Shown in pieces: positions 10,790 to 19,916 of a stretch of 36,947 bases of DNA. The translations under genes and the position numbers were made by a program. The notes beneath the pieces are model-generated. The model was not told the origin of the DNA. It saw only the letters and a program-made list of their open reading frames with translations, and made no database searches. How positions within the stretch are numbered: position 1 is the stretch's first letter; each line of letters begins with the position of its first letter. This DNA comes from a virus (lineage: Duplodnaviria; Heunggongvirae; Uroviricota; Caudoviricetes), in the IMG/VR virus record IMGVR_UViG_2728369181_000010. One strand, written 5' to 3'.

Positions 10790-11338
10790 ATGATGCCAGT
10801 TAGCCGTAATCGCTGCATTTTCTTAAACGTTGGTTTGGGAGAAGGTTCGGCATTACCCGTTGGGGTGCCTGTTCCGTGGCCTTCAGCCACTCCGCCAACA
10901 GGCTGGCTGAAATGCAATGGTGCGGCTTTTTCTGCTGAAGAATACCCGGAACTGGCAAAGGCTTACCCGACTAATAAATTGCCTGATTTACGCGGTGAAT
11001 TTATTCGTGGCTGGGATGACGGTCGCGGGATTGATTCTGGTCGTACTTTGCTTAATTGGCAGCCACACACAATTTTGGACCATGCACACTATATGGAATT
11101 ATGGACAGGGGACGGACTCGCCGCAGGAAGTGCACGGGAAGGAGTAAATCCAGGAATACTGGCTACATACGGTGACGGGGGAATAGTTAAAACAGACGAA
11201 CCCGGTCTTAAGGTGCCTTCCTCACTACGAGCTATTAGCTCCCGTAGTGTAAAACGTTTTGGTGAAATTAGTGGAAAGGTAGGTACAGAAACTCGTCCTC
11301 GTAACATCGCTTTTAATTATATTGTGAGGGCCGCATGA
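10790..11338 (+). other. Alternative tail-fibre C-terminal cassette (promoterless; expressed only after inversion)
   Basis: ORF without its own plausible N-terminus; begins at the crossover site (encodes ...GLGEG...); tail-fibre tip-like sequence; followed by a cognate assembly chaperone. Confidence 0.7.
10830..10844. repeat. Inversion crossover site (left inverted repeat) of tail-fibre segment
   Basis: ttggtttgggagaag; exact inverted copy at 12798-12812; flanking sequence resembles hix/gix sites. Confidence 0.7.
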
Positions 11339-11940
11339 TGAATAAAGTTATCTTAAATAACGAACTCATTGCCATAAAAGCGGGAGACATTATCATTTAT
11401 AATTATGATGGTGAAACGCGGGAATATATTTCTACATCAACTGAATATCTCGCTGTCGGCGTCGGTATACCGGCATGTTCCTGTTTGGATGCACCAGGTA
11501 CACATAAAGCTGGTTATGCAATCTGTCGCTCTGTAGATTTAAATTCATGGGAATATGTGCCAGACCATCGCGGTGAAGTTGTCTATAGTACCGAAACGGG
11601 AGATACCAAAGAAATCACAGTTCCGGGTGATTACCCTGAAAATACAACCACTATCGCCCCATTAACGCCATATGATAAATGGGATGGTGAGAAATGGGTG
11701 ACCGATACTGAGGCACAGCATAGCGCCGCAGTAGACGCGGCAGAAGCACAGCGTCAGTCACTGATTGATGCTGCAATGGCTTCCATCAGTCTGATTCAGC
11801 TGAAATTACAGGCCGGACGGAAGTTGATGCAGGCAGAAACAACCCGGCTTAACGCTGTGCTGGATTACATTGACGCGGTGACGGCAACAAATACCAGTAC
11901 AGCGCCGGATGTCATCTGGCCTGAACTGCCGGAGGCGTAG
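11335..11940 (+). CDS. Tail-fibre assembly chaperone (cognate of alternative fibre tip)
   Basis: 201-aa ORF; C-terminus ...DVIWPELPEA typical of tail-fibre assembly proteins; convergent 29-bp overlap with the other chaperone gene. Confidence 0.8.
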   Translation: MMNKVILNNELIAIKAGDIIIYNYDGETREYISTSTEYLAVGVGIPACSCLDAPGTHKAGYAICRSVDLNSWEYVPDHRGEVVYSTETGDTKEITVPGDYPENTTTIAPLTPYDKWDGEKWVTDTEAQHSAAVDAAEAQRQSLIDAAMASISLIQLKLQAGRKLMQAETTRLNAVLDYIDAVTATNTSTAPDVIWPELPEA

Positions 11941-12355
11941 GCCATTCAATATCTGGCGCACCGGAAGTATCGACCAGTTCCAGTGCGTCCAGATAATCCA
12001 GCCACGAATTATATTGCGCCAGTTCCTCGCCTTTCAGACGACCAATAGCAGCTTTGCCAGGCCACTGATGGGTATTGATGTAGGTATTGACTTCAGAAAC
12101 CAAAGATATTTTTTTCATTTCAGCCGTCAACACCTCATCCTCTTTTGAAGGGGGTGGGGAATTAATCCATACTGGCCGTCCTGAACTATCAGCGCCAATT
12201 TCTTTCCCTTCTGGATGCAGACCAAGAAATTGCTCATATGTTTCTCTGGTAATTTCAATAACATCATCAGGAAGCGTTCCCGCATCCTCATATTCTGGAA
12301 ACAATTCTTGCAGATAAAAACTTTTACTTCCGGGTGAAAAGAATACTGAGTTCAT
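11912..12355 (-). CDS. G: Tail-fibre assembly chaperone G (cognate of currently expressed fibre tip)
   Basis: 147-aa ORF; C-terminus ...DIEWPTPPA; immediately downstream of H. Confidence 0.8.
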   Translation of the reverse strand: MNSVFFSPGSKSFYLQELFPEYEDAGTLPDDVIEITRETYEQFLGLHPEGKEIGADSSGRPVWINSPPPSKEDEVLTAEMKKISLVSEVNTYINTHQWPGKAAIGRLKGEELAQYNSWLDYLDALELVDTSGAPDIEWPTPPAVQAR

Positions 12356-12357
12356 TA

Positions 12358-13911
12358 TTACCGTCCAATGATTAACGCTGAGACGCTGGTATCTGAAGGA
12401 AAGGCTGCATTCAGTGGTTTGTCGACTTTGAACACAATCGTATTATTCCCCCTGACAGCGGCAAAAGAACAAACCGCAGTCGCGTATGAACCTGTAATAT
12501 TACTGGATACACCACCATAAGCTGTTGTTGATACCAGAGGGATAACGCCCAGTACCTTATTAGGAAATACAAAGGGCAATGTGGCTGTGGCAATATAAGA
12601 CTTATTAGAACCTGTGATGGCATAAGCATTATCAGTCATTCCATTCATCGCCACTGGGCCGCTTATACTTACAGTAACCATCTGTATGATTAGCCCGTCA
12701 GGTTGACGAATCACAAAATTTCCATTGCCACCAGTAACCGTCCAGAAAGACATATCAGGGATTTGGTTTTCCCCGTTGCCCACATTCCGTTTTGCCGCTT
12801 CTCCCAAACCAAGGTATATGAGAAGACCAGCTACATCCTTTCCACTCAAATTAGTCAGCGTATTGTCCAGCGGTTGTTTACCTGCCAGCGCATTAAGCAT
12901 TGTCGTGGCAAAGTTCGGGTCATTCCCCAGCGCTGCCGCCAGTTCGTTCAGTGTATCCAGTGCCGCAGGTGCAGAACCCACCATTGCCGCAATTGCCGAT
13001 TTCACAAAAGCCGTGGTGGCAATCTGTGTATTGTTGACCGACTGTGCCGCAGTAGGTGCGGTTGGCGTTCCGATGAGTGCCGGACTCGACAGCGGCGCTT
13101 TCAGTGCCAGCGCATTGTTAATGGTGGTACTGAATTTCGGATCATTGTTAATGGCTGCGGCTATTTCTTTCAGCGTGTCCAGCGTGGCTGGCGCACCATT
13201 AATAAGAGCCGTCAGAGCCGCCTGAACAAACGNNNNNNNNNNNNNNNNNNNNNNNNNNNNNNNNNNNNNNNNNNNNNNNNNNNNGGTGGTCGCAATCTGC
13301 GTGGTGTTATTCCCTGCGGCTGGCGTTGGCGCTTTGGGTGTCCCGGTAAACGTCGGACTTTCTTTGAGTGCATACTGTGAATGCGGGTCCGGTGCGGCAA
13401 GATGTTTTGCCATCTGATCATCCGCGTACACCTTCAGCTCCAGTGCCTTGTCATCCACATACTTGCGGGTTGCCAGCACTACGGCAGGGTCGATTTTCAG
13501 GGTGATATTGTCCGTGCTGCTGGTAATCAGCACCATGCGCACGGTCTGAGTGCGCCCGCTACCTTCAGCCAGTTGCGGCTTATAGCTTTCCGGGCAGTTG
13601 CCCACGGCAATCAATGCCCCGGACTCATCAAACAAGCCCACTTCACGTATCCACCAACCGCCCTCGTTTTCAGGGATCACCTGTTCGGCAATAATCTGGC
13701 TGCTGTTCTGCGGGTCGATATAGAGCATATTCAGCGCAGCCCGGCGTTTCTCATTTACCAGTGCAGTCTGCTTTGAGTCTGGCGTTGGCAATACTCCGCC
13801 GCCATCGCCGACCGCCATATGGGTAATTTTTAGCGGCACACCGAGCGCGGCGGCGCTGGCAAGTTTCGCCGCGCCAATATCCGTCAGCAGGGTATAAAAT
13901 TTTGTGCTCAT
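12358..13911 (-). CDS. H: Tail fibre protein H (constant N-terminal part plus invertible C-terminal tip)
   Basis: 517-aa ORF, ATG at 13911; Ala/Thr-rich repeats typical of fibre shafts; crossover site at 12798-12812 lies in-frame (YLGLGEAAK); interrupted by N-run 13233-13284. Confidence 0.85.
   Translation of the reverse strand: MSTKFYTLLTDIGAAKLASAAALGVPLKITHMAVGDGGGVLPTPDSKQTALVNEKRRAALNMLYIDPQNSSQIIAEQVIPENEGGWWIREVGLFDESGALIAVGNCPESYKPQLAEGSGRTQTVRMVLITSSTDNITLKIDPAVVLATRKYVDDKALELKVYADDQMAKHLAAPDPHSQYALKESPTFTGTPKAPTPAAGNNTTQIATTXXXXXXXXXXXXXXXXXXFVQAALTALINGAPATLDTLKEIAAAINNDPKFSTTINNALALKAPLSSPALIGTPTAPTAAQSVNNTQIATTAFVKSAIAAMVGSAPAALDTLNELAAALGNDPNFATTMLNALAGKQPLDNTLTNLSGKDVAGLLIYLGLGEAAKRNVGNGENQIPDMSFWTVTGGNGNFVIRQPDGLIIQMVTVSISGPVAMNGMTDNAYAITGSNKSYIATATLPFVFPNKVLGVIPLVSTTAYGGVSSNITGSYATAVCSFAAVRGNNTIVFKVDKPLNAAFPSDTSVSALIIGR
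12798..12812. repeat. Inversion crossover site (right inverted repeat) inside gene H
   Basis: cttctcccaaaccaa = reverse complement of 10830-10844. Confidence 0.7.
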
Positions 13912-14513
13912 GGATTCACTCTCATTGTGTCAATAACATGGACCGCCCCGCCTTCATGCGCGGTGCCGCCAGAAATAATTGTTTCGTTGATATACGGATA
14001 GATCGTGATTTCTTCGCCAAGATAGCTGGCGGCCCCCACCCAATGCGGACCGCTGGTCTGCAGATTGATGGACATGCCGATCATGTGACGGCTACATGGT
14101 TTGGCATCGCTTATCAGCCGCTCAAGTTCCAGATAGGTATCTTCAGTGATGCCCTGGTCCTGCACGCCGATATCCAGGCGAAACGTGCCCGGTGTTTCTC
14201 CGGTCTGCCACCACTCAATAATGCGGATCAGGAATCCGAACGGTTCCACCACCCGCCGCACGGCACTGGTGGTTCCTTTATGCTGATGAATATAAAAAGC
14301 ATCCTTCACTACCTGGCGTTTGACGCTTTCTGTCCAGCCCTCGTCCCAGCGATCCACAGAGAACGCCCAGGCGAGATAAGGCAGGAAGCTGACCGGACAG
14401 GTAGCCGGATTCCACAAGTCACGCAGCGGCACCTGCAGATCAGAAATCCCGCTGCACGTTTGCGCCAGTCGGCGCTCCAGTGAAGTTGAACCCGGTGGCA
14501 GCAGACTATTCAT
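13908..14513 (-). CDS. I: Baseplate protein I
   Basis: 201-aa ORF, ATG at 14513; P2 gpI-like; synteny J-I-H. Confidence 0.85.
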   Translation of the reverse strand: MNSLLPPGSTSLERRLAQTCSGISDLQVPLRDLWNPATCPVSFLPYLAWAFSVDRWDEGWTESVKRQVVKDAFYIHQHKGTTSAVRRVVEPFGFLIRIIEWWQTGETPGTFRLDIGVQDQGITEDTYLELERLISDAKPCSRHMIGMSINLQTSGPHWVGAASYLGEEITIYPYINETIISGGTAHEGGAVHVIDTMRVNP

Positions 14514-15414
14514 CCGTTCCTCCGTTGGTTACGCTCCACTGCGTACATGATGCCGCCTGTGTTTTGTTCAGGACCACATCCGCCAGAGGAGAAGCCAGCT
14601 CCACACGCTGCACACCCTCAACATGCAGGGCGGCAAAGATGGCGCTACGGCGAATATCCCGACCAAGACGCGTCTGACTGGCGATGTACTTCTGCAGGCT
14701 GGCTTTTGCCGCTGCCATTACCGGCTCTGCTTCCGGTCCCGGATAGAGAAAAATGGTGGCTTCCACGCGATACGGGATGATTTCTGCGCTGCGAACCGTC
14801 AGACGGTCAGCCACCGGGCGGACGCTCTCACTGTTCAGAGCTTTTTCCACCACGTCCAGCAGGTCTTTTTCTGCAGTTCCATCGCCTTCGCGGCTAAGGA
14901 CAGTCAGCACCACCTCTGCAGGTGCCGGGCTGGTTGCACTGGCATCCGCCACCCGACCGTCGGCGCTTCGGGCATGAAATTCATAAGCTGCAGTTGGCCC
15001 CGCAACAGAAAGCCCTTCAAAGGCTGCAGGCACACGCAGGCGTAACGCTTCATCGCTTTCCATCACAGCTGCAACGGGCGGCACAGCATCATTATCAGCA
15101 GGCGTCACCGTCAGGCGTGTCACGTTGTAGTTGGCAGCGAGCTGGTCAAGATCGCCGCCCATCGCGTAAGCCACCATCACCGCCTGCGCGGCTTCGTTAA
15201 TGCGCTGGCGCAGAAGCAACTCACGGTAAGCGTTCTCCTGCAACAATTTAGTGACGGGTTCAGATTCCAGTTCCAGCGTGCGGATCACGGCTTCCTGCTC
15301 ATCTTTCGGATGAAGCGCCACAAATTCTGCCTTGCGTTCGGCAAGCAGCGTCTCAAAGTCCGGCACATCCACAATCTGCGGTGCAGGCAACTGCGAAAGG
15401 TCAATCACTGCCAT
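14506..15414 (-). CDS. J: Baseplate protein J
   Basis: 302 aa from ATG at 15414 (MAVIDLSQLP...); P2 gpJ-like. Confidence 0.85.
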   Translation of the reverse strand: MAVIDLSQLPAPQIVDVPDFETLLAERKAEFVALHPKDEQEAVIRTLELESEPVTKLLQENAYRELLLRQRINEAAQAVMVAYAMGGDLDQLAANYNVTRLTVTPADNDAVPPVAAVMESDEALRLRVPAAFEGLSVAGPTAAYEFHARSADGRVADASATSPAPAEVVLTVLSREGDGTAEKDLLDVVEKALNSESVRPVADRLTVRSAEIIPYRVEATIFLYPGPEAEPVMAAAKASLQKYIASQTRLGRDIRRSAIFAALHVEGVQRVELASPLADVVLNKTQAASCTQWSVTNGGTDE

Positions 15415-15760
15415 TCTCTGCTCCTGTTGATACGGAAAGGGACACAGGCACACCGTTATTCCGCCGCCCGGTCAGCTCCACCACCATAGAACCGTCAAAG
15501 TTGCTGTTGATGGTGATGGAATCCAGCGTCAGCCGTGGCTCCCAGCGACTCAGCGCCACATACACTGCCGACATGACCTGCAGGCGTAATGCCGGATTTT
15601 GTGGCTGATCTATCAGTGCCGACAGTAGGGAACCATATTCCCGACGGGCAATGCGGCTACCCTGCGGCGTCAGCAGAATGTCCCGCACCGACTGGCGCAG
15701 ATGGTCAATATCAGTAATGACTTTGCCGCTGGTATTGTTCATCCCGCTATAAAGCGTCAT
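15401..15760 (-). CDS. W: Baseplate wedge protein W
   Basis: 119-aa ORF, ATG at 15760 preceded by GGAGG; P2 gpW-like. Confidence 0.8.
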   Translation of the reverse strand: MTLYSGMNNTSGKVITDIDHLRQSVRDILLTPQGSRIARREYGSLLSALIDQPQNPALRLQVMSAVYVALSRWEPRLTLDSITINSNFDGSMVVELTGRRNNGVPVSLSVSTGAENGSD

Positions 15761-16335
15761 ACCGGGCCTCCGGTTGTGTCGCCGCCTTTCAGGACGCCAG
15801 TATGCTGATGTGCATCAACCACAATTCCGTTAGAACTCATTGCACCGCCGCCCTGGGTAACACCACCATTGATCACTACTTCGCTGTTAATACGCGTGCG
15901 GTCAGCCTCCAGCACAAACTCACTGGTTTTCAGGGTGATGTTGTCGGCAGCCTCAATGACCATGGATTTGATGCCCCTGACATACCAGCGCCCGGTGGCG
16001 GGTTCGTATTCAAACCAGCCACCGTCAGGATGTTCTGTCACGCAGGCGTCCGCCGACGTCGAAGGTGGCGCGAACTGATTCGAATAGACAGCGGGCAACG
16101 CAAAGGCGGTTTCCAGATTGCCTCCCAGACTCAGCAGCACCACCTGCTCACCTTCCGATGGTCGCCACCATGTGCGGGCATTCCCGGCACGCAGCGTCAG
16201 CCAACTGATCCAGTTTGTTTCAAGGTCGCCCGTTTTCACCCGGCAAAGCCAGTTCTCCCGGTCCACTTCGGTAACTACACCTGTGCGGATCAGGTTGGTG
16301 ATAAGGCGCATGATTTCGGTTAATTGTGCGTTCAT
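15757..16335 (-). CDS. V: Baseplate spike protein V
   Basis: 192 aa from ATG at 16335 (MNAQLTEIMRLITN...); ORF-track start at 16578 is an upstream extension into AT-rich moron DNA. Confidence 0.8.
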   Translation of the reverse strand: MNAQLTEIMRLITNLIRTGVVTEVDRENWLCRVKTGDLETNWISWLTLRAGNARTWWRPSEGEQVVLLSLGGNLETAFALPAVYSNQFAPPSTSADACVTEHPDGGWFEYEPATGRWYVRGIKSMVIEAADNITLKTSEFVLEADRTRINSEVVINGGVTQGGGAMSSNGIVVDAHQHTGVLKGGDTTGGPV

Positions 16336-16438
16336 AGATATATGATGACAGATGAAAATTTGTTTATAACTTCTTGCAAATTGTGGTATCGATGGTACAA
16401 ATTGACAAAAGGATAAAAAACAACCAATAGGTGGATAA

Positions 16439-17245
16439 ATGAGTGTTATGAATCCAATAAGTTCTAATATATTTAATGCTGAATTTTTAAACACCCCGGC
16501 AGCGGCACTTGCCGCATGGATTTCCATTATTGGAGCTGTTATAACTTTGGTGACGATAGTTATAAGAGCACTATTCAAATATAGAAAATCTCATGATGTA
16601 ATTTTGAAAAAATCAGGAATACCTGCGTTTATATTAAATTTCTTTCTTATAAAAATATCATTAAAAAGGCTGCCTACTATCACATGGGCTGAAAAATCAT
16701 TCACGGTTCTATTTTCGCTTCTTTTTTTGTGTGCAATTTATCTTTTTGGTCCAGTTTTCATCCAAGCCATTAGAACCCCACCAAATAGCACATTGCTTTA
16801 TTGGATAAAGTCCGGTGAATCATTTTATATGTCAAAAAAAATGGCGACTGCAGCTACAATATTAACCACTCCTGATTGGGAAATATCAAAGGATGATTGC
16901 GAAGAGTCATCCTCTGCCAGTACAGAGAAGTACAAATCATTAACTATCGAACATAAAGAAATTCTTTGTAAACTACTAACCACTGATGAAGGGAATGCTT
17001 ACATTGATGAAGAAGTCAAGAATTTCGTTAAAGACAAATTTTTTATCTATTCCTTTGCCCCAACAACTATATTTATTCTATTATGGATTTCTTTGGGTTT
17101 TATACTGACCATTCACTATTCTAAAAAAGTTAGGAAATATATTCTAACTGAACAAAAAAATGCAATTCATTGGGCATATGGTGAATTCAAGACAGAAGGA
17201 ATCTATTCAATATATCAAGAGTTAGAACATAAGACTCGCCATTAA
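16439..17245 (+). CDS. Hypothetical three-TM membrane protein (cargo in the V-S moron slot)
   Basis: 268-aa ORF, ATG at 16439 with AGGTGG 4 nt upstream; strongly AT-rich versus flanking phage genes; three hydrophobic segments and an acidic soluble region; opposite strand to all neighbouring tail genes. Confidence 0.6.
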   Translation: MSVMNPISSNIFNAEFLNTPAAALAAWISIIGAVITLVTIVIRALFKYRKSHDVILKKSGIPAFILNFFLIKISLKRLPTITWAEKSFTVLFSLLFLCAIYLFGPVFIQAIRTPPNSTLLYWIKSGESFYMSKKMATAATILTTPDWEISKDDCEESSSASTEKYKSLTIEHKEILCKLLTTDEGNAYIDEEVKNFVKDKFFIYSFAPTTIFILLWISLGFILTIHYSKKVRKYILTEQKNAIHWAYGEFKTEGIYSIYQELEHKTRH

Positions 17246-17633
17246 GACCCAGCAGGCGGCGCTCTGCGTAACGGACCTCCGGTCCTTTGCGACTGACGCG
17301 ATCACGCAGGCCGTAATGGTGAACACGGGCAATACGCTGCACCTTGCCTTCAAACTGTACGCTGGCAGAGTCGGCGCTGGCGGCAGTTTTCAGGTATTTT
17401 GTGGTGCGCAGCTTTGCAAACATCTGACGTTTGATGCGGCCTTTTTTGCTGCGTGCTGTTACCCTGCGCGGTTCATAACTGCTGCCATCTGGATTGCACT
17501 GCATCCTGATATTCTGCTGCTGTGTCCGGCGCAGTTCCTGCGCCAGCTGGCGCATCATGCGGCTTCTCGTGGCTGGTTCCAGATTCGCCAGCAAGGCACT
17601 CAGCCAGTCGTCCACCTTCTGCAGTTCAGCCAC
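17187..17633 (-). CDS. S: Tail completion protein S
   Basis: 148-aa ORF (GTG start at 17633), P2 gpS-like; 3' end overlaps convergently with the cargo ORF by 59 bp. Confidence 0.75.
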   Translation of the reverse strand: MAELQKVDDWLSALLANLEPATRSRMMRQLAQELRRTQQQNIRMQCNPDGSSYEPRRVTARSKKGRIKRQMFAKLRTTKYLKTAASADSASVQFEGKVQRIARVHHYGLRDRVSRKGPEVRYAERRLLGLNGESYVLTLDILNRFLLS

Positions 17634-18057
17634 GTTTCACCGTCCACATTTCTTCAGGTTCATCGGGTTCTGCTACAGCTTCAACGCTCGACACACTGCC
17701 GTCAGTGCTGACCAGCACACGCTCCGTCAGTTGCAGGTTCAGGCTGATATCACAGACATCGTTGCGCAGAATATCCACCTCAAAGGTGAATAGTTTTTCC
17801 CGTACCGCCGGGTTATTGATGGCATCGGGCTGGTTATCCCTCAGCCACAGCAAAACCGGGGCCATCAGCAGATTCTGGTCGCCGCTGAAATCCTCAATCA
17901 CCGCGTTCAGGGTGTAACGGTACTCCCACGACATGGAGCTGGCCCCCGTGGCAACCAGCGAACCGTTATCCACAAACAGATGCAGTTTGTCCGGGTTATT
18001 GCGGACATAAGGCACCGCTTTATTGAGGGCGTGGCGCAGGGATTGTGGTTTGTTCAC
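17626..18057 (-). CDS. R: Tail completion protein R
   Basis: About 143 aa from GTG at 18057 preceded by AGGAG; P2 gpR-like. Confidence 0.75.
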   Translation of the reverse strand: MNKPQSLRHALNKAVPYVRNNPDKLHLFVDNGSLVATGASSMSWEYRYTLNAVIEDFSGDQNLLMAPVLLWLRDNQPDAINNPAVREKLFTFEVDILRNDVCDISLNLQLTERVLVSTDGSVSSVEAVAEPDEPEEMWTVKRG

Positions 18058-18310
18058 TGTTTCGCTCCTGACACGCAATAATCATATCCACTTTGTCTGC
18101 ACAGACCGCCCAGGCGGCCTCCGTTTCATCCAGCAACGCGTTCAGATCACCATTAGTGCGCGGCGTTGCCTGATCCAGCCGACACGGCGTCACTCGCGGA
18201 CAACCACTGACGGTAAGCCGTACCTCCGGTGAGTGCCGGACGTTCCCGCAGCCGGATAATGTCAGCAGGCAAAGGAGTATCAGCCCAGCGGCGTAAATCC
18301 TCGTTCTCAC
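18020..18310 (-). CDS. lysC: Rz1-like outer-membrane spanin lipoprotein LysC
   Basis: 96-aa ORF with signal peptide and lipobox LTLSGC; overlaps lysB in a different frame, the classical Rz/Rz1 arrangement. Confidence 0.6.
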   Translation of the reverse strand: MRTRIYAAGLILLCLLTLSGCGNVRHSPEVRLTVSGCPRVTPCRLDQATPRTNGDLNALLDETEAAWAVCADKVDMIIACQERNSEQTTIPAPRPQ

Positions 18311-18560
18311 GTTTCAGTTCCTCGATCCGGTGTTGTCGTTGTCTCAGCAGCGCGCTGGTCTGTTCTGCTTCGGCATAGAGCCGCGCCTGCTCCCGGTTAT
18401 TGGTTTCAGTCAGAATGGACAGGCTGATAAGCTGGCTGTTGCTCTTTGCCAGTGCCTGGCTTTTGCTCTGCAGCTCGTCTGCCTGCGTGCTGATGGTCTG
18501 GCTGGCATCAGCCAGCCGCCACGTCTGCCAGCCCAGCGCCGCCAGTAATAACGCCAGCAC
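18153..18560 (-). CDS. lysB: Rz-like inner-membrane spanin LysB (5' end lost in N-run)
   Basis: 135-aa ORF with N-terminal TM segment and coiled-coil; N-run 18570-18617 immediately upstream. Confidence 0.6.
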   Translation of the reverse strand: MLALLLAALGWQTWRLADASQTISTQADELQSKSQALAKSNSQLISLSILTETNNREQARLYAEAEQTSALLRQRQHRIEELKRENEDLRRWADTPLPADIIRLRERPALTGGTAYRQWLSASDAVSAGSGNAAH

Positions 18561-18621
18561 AACCAGCANNNNNNNNNNNNNNNNNNNNNNNNNNNNNNNN
18601 NNNNNNNNNNNNNNNNNCGGT

Positions 18622-18999
18622 TCATGCTGATACCTGTTGCGCCATCTGATTACGGGTCATCCAGAAGGCAATAACGGTCAGCAGATAAAAGACCAGGGTA
18701 ATAGCCCACCCCGTCCAGGCGAGACTTACGACAATCAGCAATCGCATCACCCAGCTGATAAATACGTTTTCTTTTCGGGTAATTGTCTTCAGCAAAGATG
18801 CCCTCAACTCCTGCCAGAGTGGGCCATTCTTAATTAACGCAGCCAGTGCTACCGGAATTACCGCCCATGTCAGCAAACAGGCTACCCAAACGCCGGACGC
18901 TGACAGTACCGGAAAAATCCCCTGCGGATACACCATTGCTTCGATTAACAGCGCCATCCATAACATCAGAAACAGCCCGCTGATTAATTTCTTTTTCAT
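18622..18999 (-). CDS. lysA: Lysis-timing membrane protein LysA
   Basis: About 125 aa from MKKKLISG...; multiple TM segments; P2 lysA position between K and lysB. Confidence 0.6.
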   Translation of the reverse strand: MKKKLISGLFLMLWMALLIEAMVYPQGIFPVLSASGVWVACLLTWAVIPVALAALIKNGPLWQELRASLLKTITRKENVFISWVMRLLIVVSLAWTGWAITLVFYLLTVIAFWMTRNQMAQQVSA

Positions 19000-19000
19000 T

Positions 19001-19513
19001 TCAGTTTGCTCCCTGTAAGCACCAGGCCATCTCCCGCGCACGGCGGTTATCCAGCCCCTGATTAAACACACCTTTTACATAAACCCAGCGTGGCAACTGT
19101 CGGCATGCATCCTCCCAGCGCCGCTGATTGAGTAATTTCACCAGTGTGGAACTGCAGGCATTGCCCGTTCCCACGTTGAAGGCAAACGACACCGTAGCGT
19201 CATATACCTTCTGCGGCGGCTGTTGCTTCACACACCTTTCCAGCGCCCGTTCCACACGTAGCACGTTGGAGATCAGCCCTTCCGCTGCCTGTCGTTCCGT
19301 AATGGTTTCTCCTGGAATGACACCTGATGTATTACCAATGCCGTCGGTCCAGACACCCGCGCTGCACTGATACGGCTGCAGACGACAGCCTTCGTAATCG
19401 GCAATCAGTTTCACCCCCTCCACGGAGGTGTGAAGCTGCTGAAAACCCGGCAGCGTGGCAGCAATAGCCAGCACGGTCCCGACAAGGCAGCGTTTAACGA
19501 TTGATGGATTCAT
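19001..19513 (-). CDS. K: Endolysin (GH24 lysozyme with N-terminal signal-anchor-release domain)
   Basis: 170-aa ORF; N-terminal hydrophobic SAR-like segment; EG...PY...GVWT...G motif like P21 R lysozyme. Confidence 0.8.
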   Translation of the reverse strand: MNPSIVKRCLVGTVLAIAATLPGFQQLHTSVEGVKLIADYEGCRLQPYQCSAGVWTDGIGNTSGVIPGETITERQAAEGLISNVLRVERALERCVKQQPPQKVYDATVSFAFNVGTGNACSSTLVKLLNQRRWEDACRQLPRWVYVKGVFNQGLDNRRAREMAWCLQGAN

Positions 19514-19709
19514 AGTCCTCCCGCGTGATCTGCCCGTCGCGCAGAAGCTGGTAGGCTTTGTGTTTGTAGTACCAGTTGATAGCCAGCATCAGCACACCGA
19601 TCATCAGGCCGCCCAGCGTTGAGGCATCCTTGATGGACAAATCGCCCAGCCAGGCCAGCACGACGGCGATGCAATATGTGATAAAGGCGCTGATTCGCTC
19701 AAGCGTCAT
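19494..19709 (-). CDS. Y: Holin (two-TM, pinholin-like)
   Basis: 71-aa two-TM protein immediately upstream of the SAR endolysin. Confidence 0.7.
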   Translation of the reverse strand: MTLERISAFITYCIAVVLAWLGDLSIKDASTLGGLMIGVLMLAINWYYKHKAYQLLRDGQITREDYESINR

Positions 19710-19712
19710 AAT

Positions 19713-19916
19713 TCAGTCCCATAGCTGGACGGTCTGCACGGTGGTGGTTGTCGGAATGTCCGGCAGCTCCACCTGCAGCCCGTGAGGTAAAAAGGGGCCG
19801 TATTCGGCAAGCCCCGGATTTGCCTTCAGTACCTGCTCCGTGACACCCTGCGTGCGCCCGTAATGACGCCAGCAAAGCACGTCCACCGTGTCATACTGAT
19901 GCGCACGCACTTTCAT
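19713..19916 (-). CDS. X: Tail protein X (LysM-like)
   Basis: 67-aa ORF, P2 gpX size and position. Confidence 0.75.
   Translation of the reverse strand: MKVRAHQYDTVDVLCWRHYGRTQGVTEQVLKANPGLAEYGPFLPHGLQVELPDIPTTTTVQTVQLWD

Noticed and set aside
16336-16578. Upstream extension of gene V to 273 aa
   Set aside because: The extension reads into AT-rich moron DNA on the wrong side of a clean ATG (16335) that gives a P2-like gpV N-terminus.
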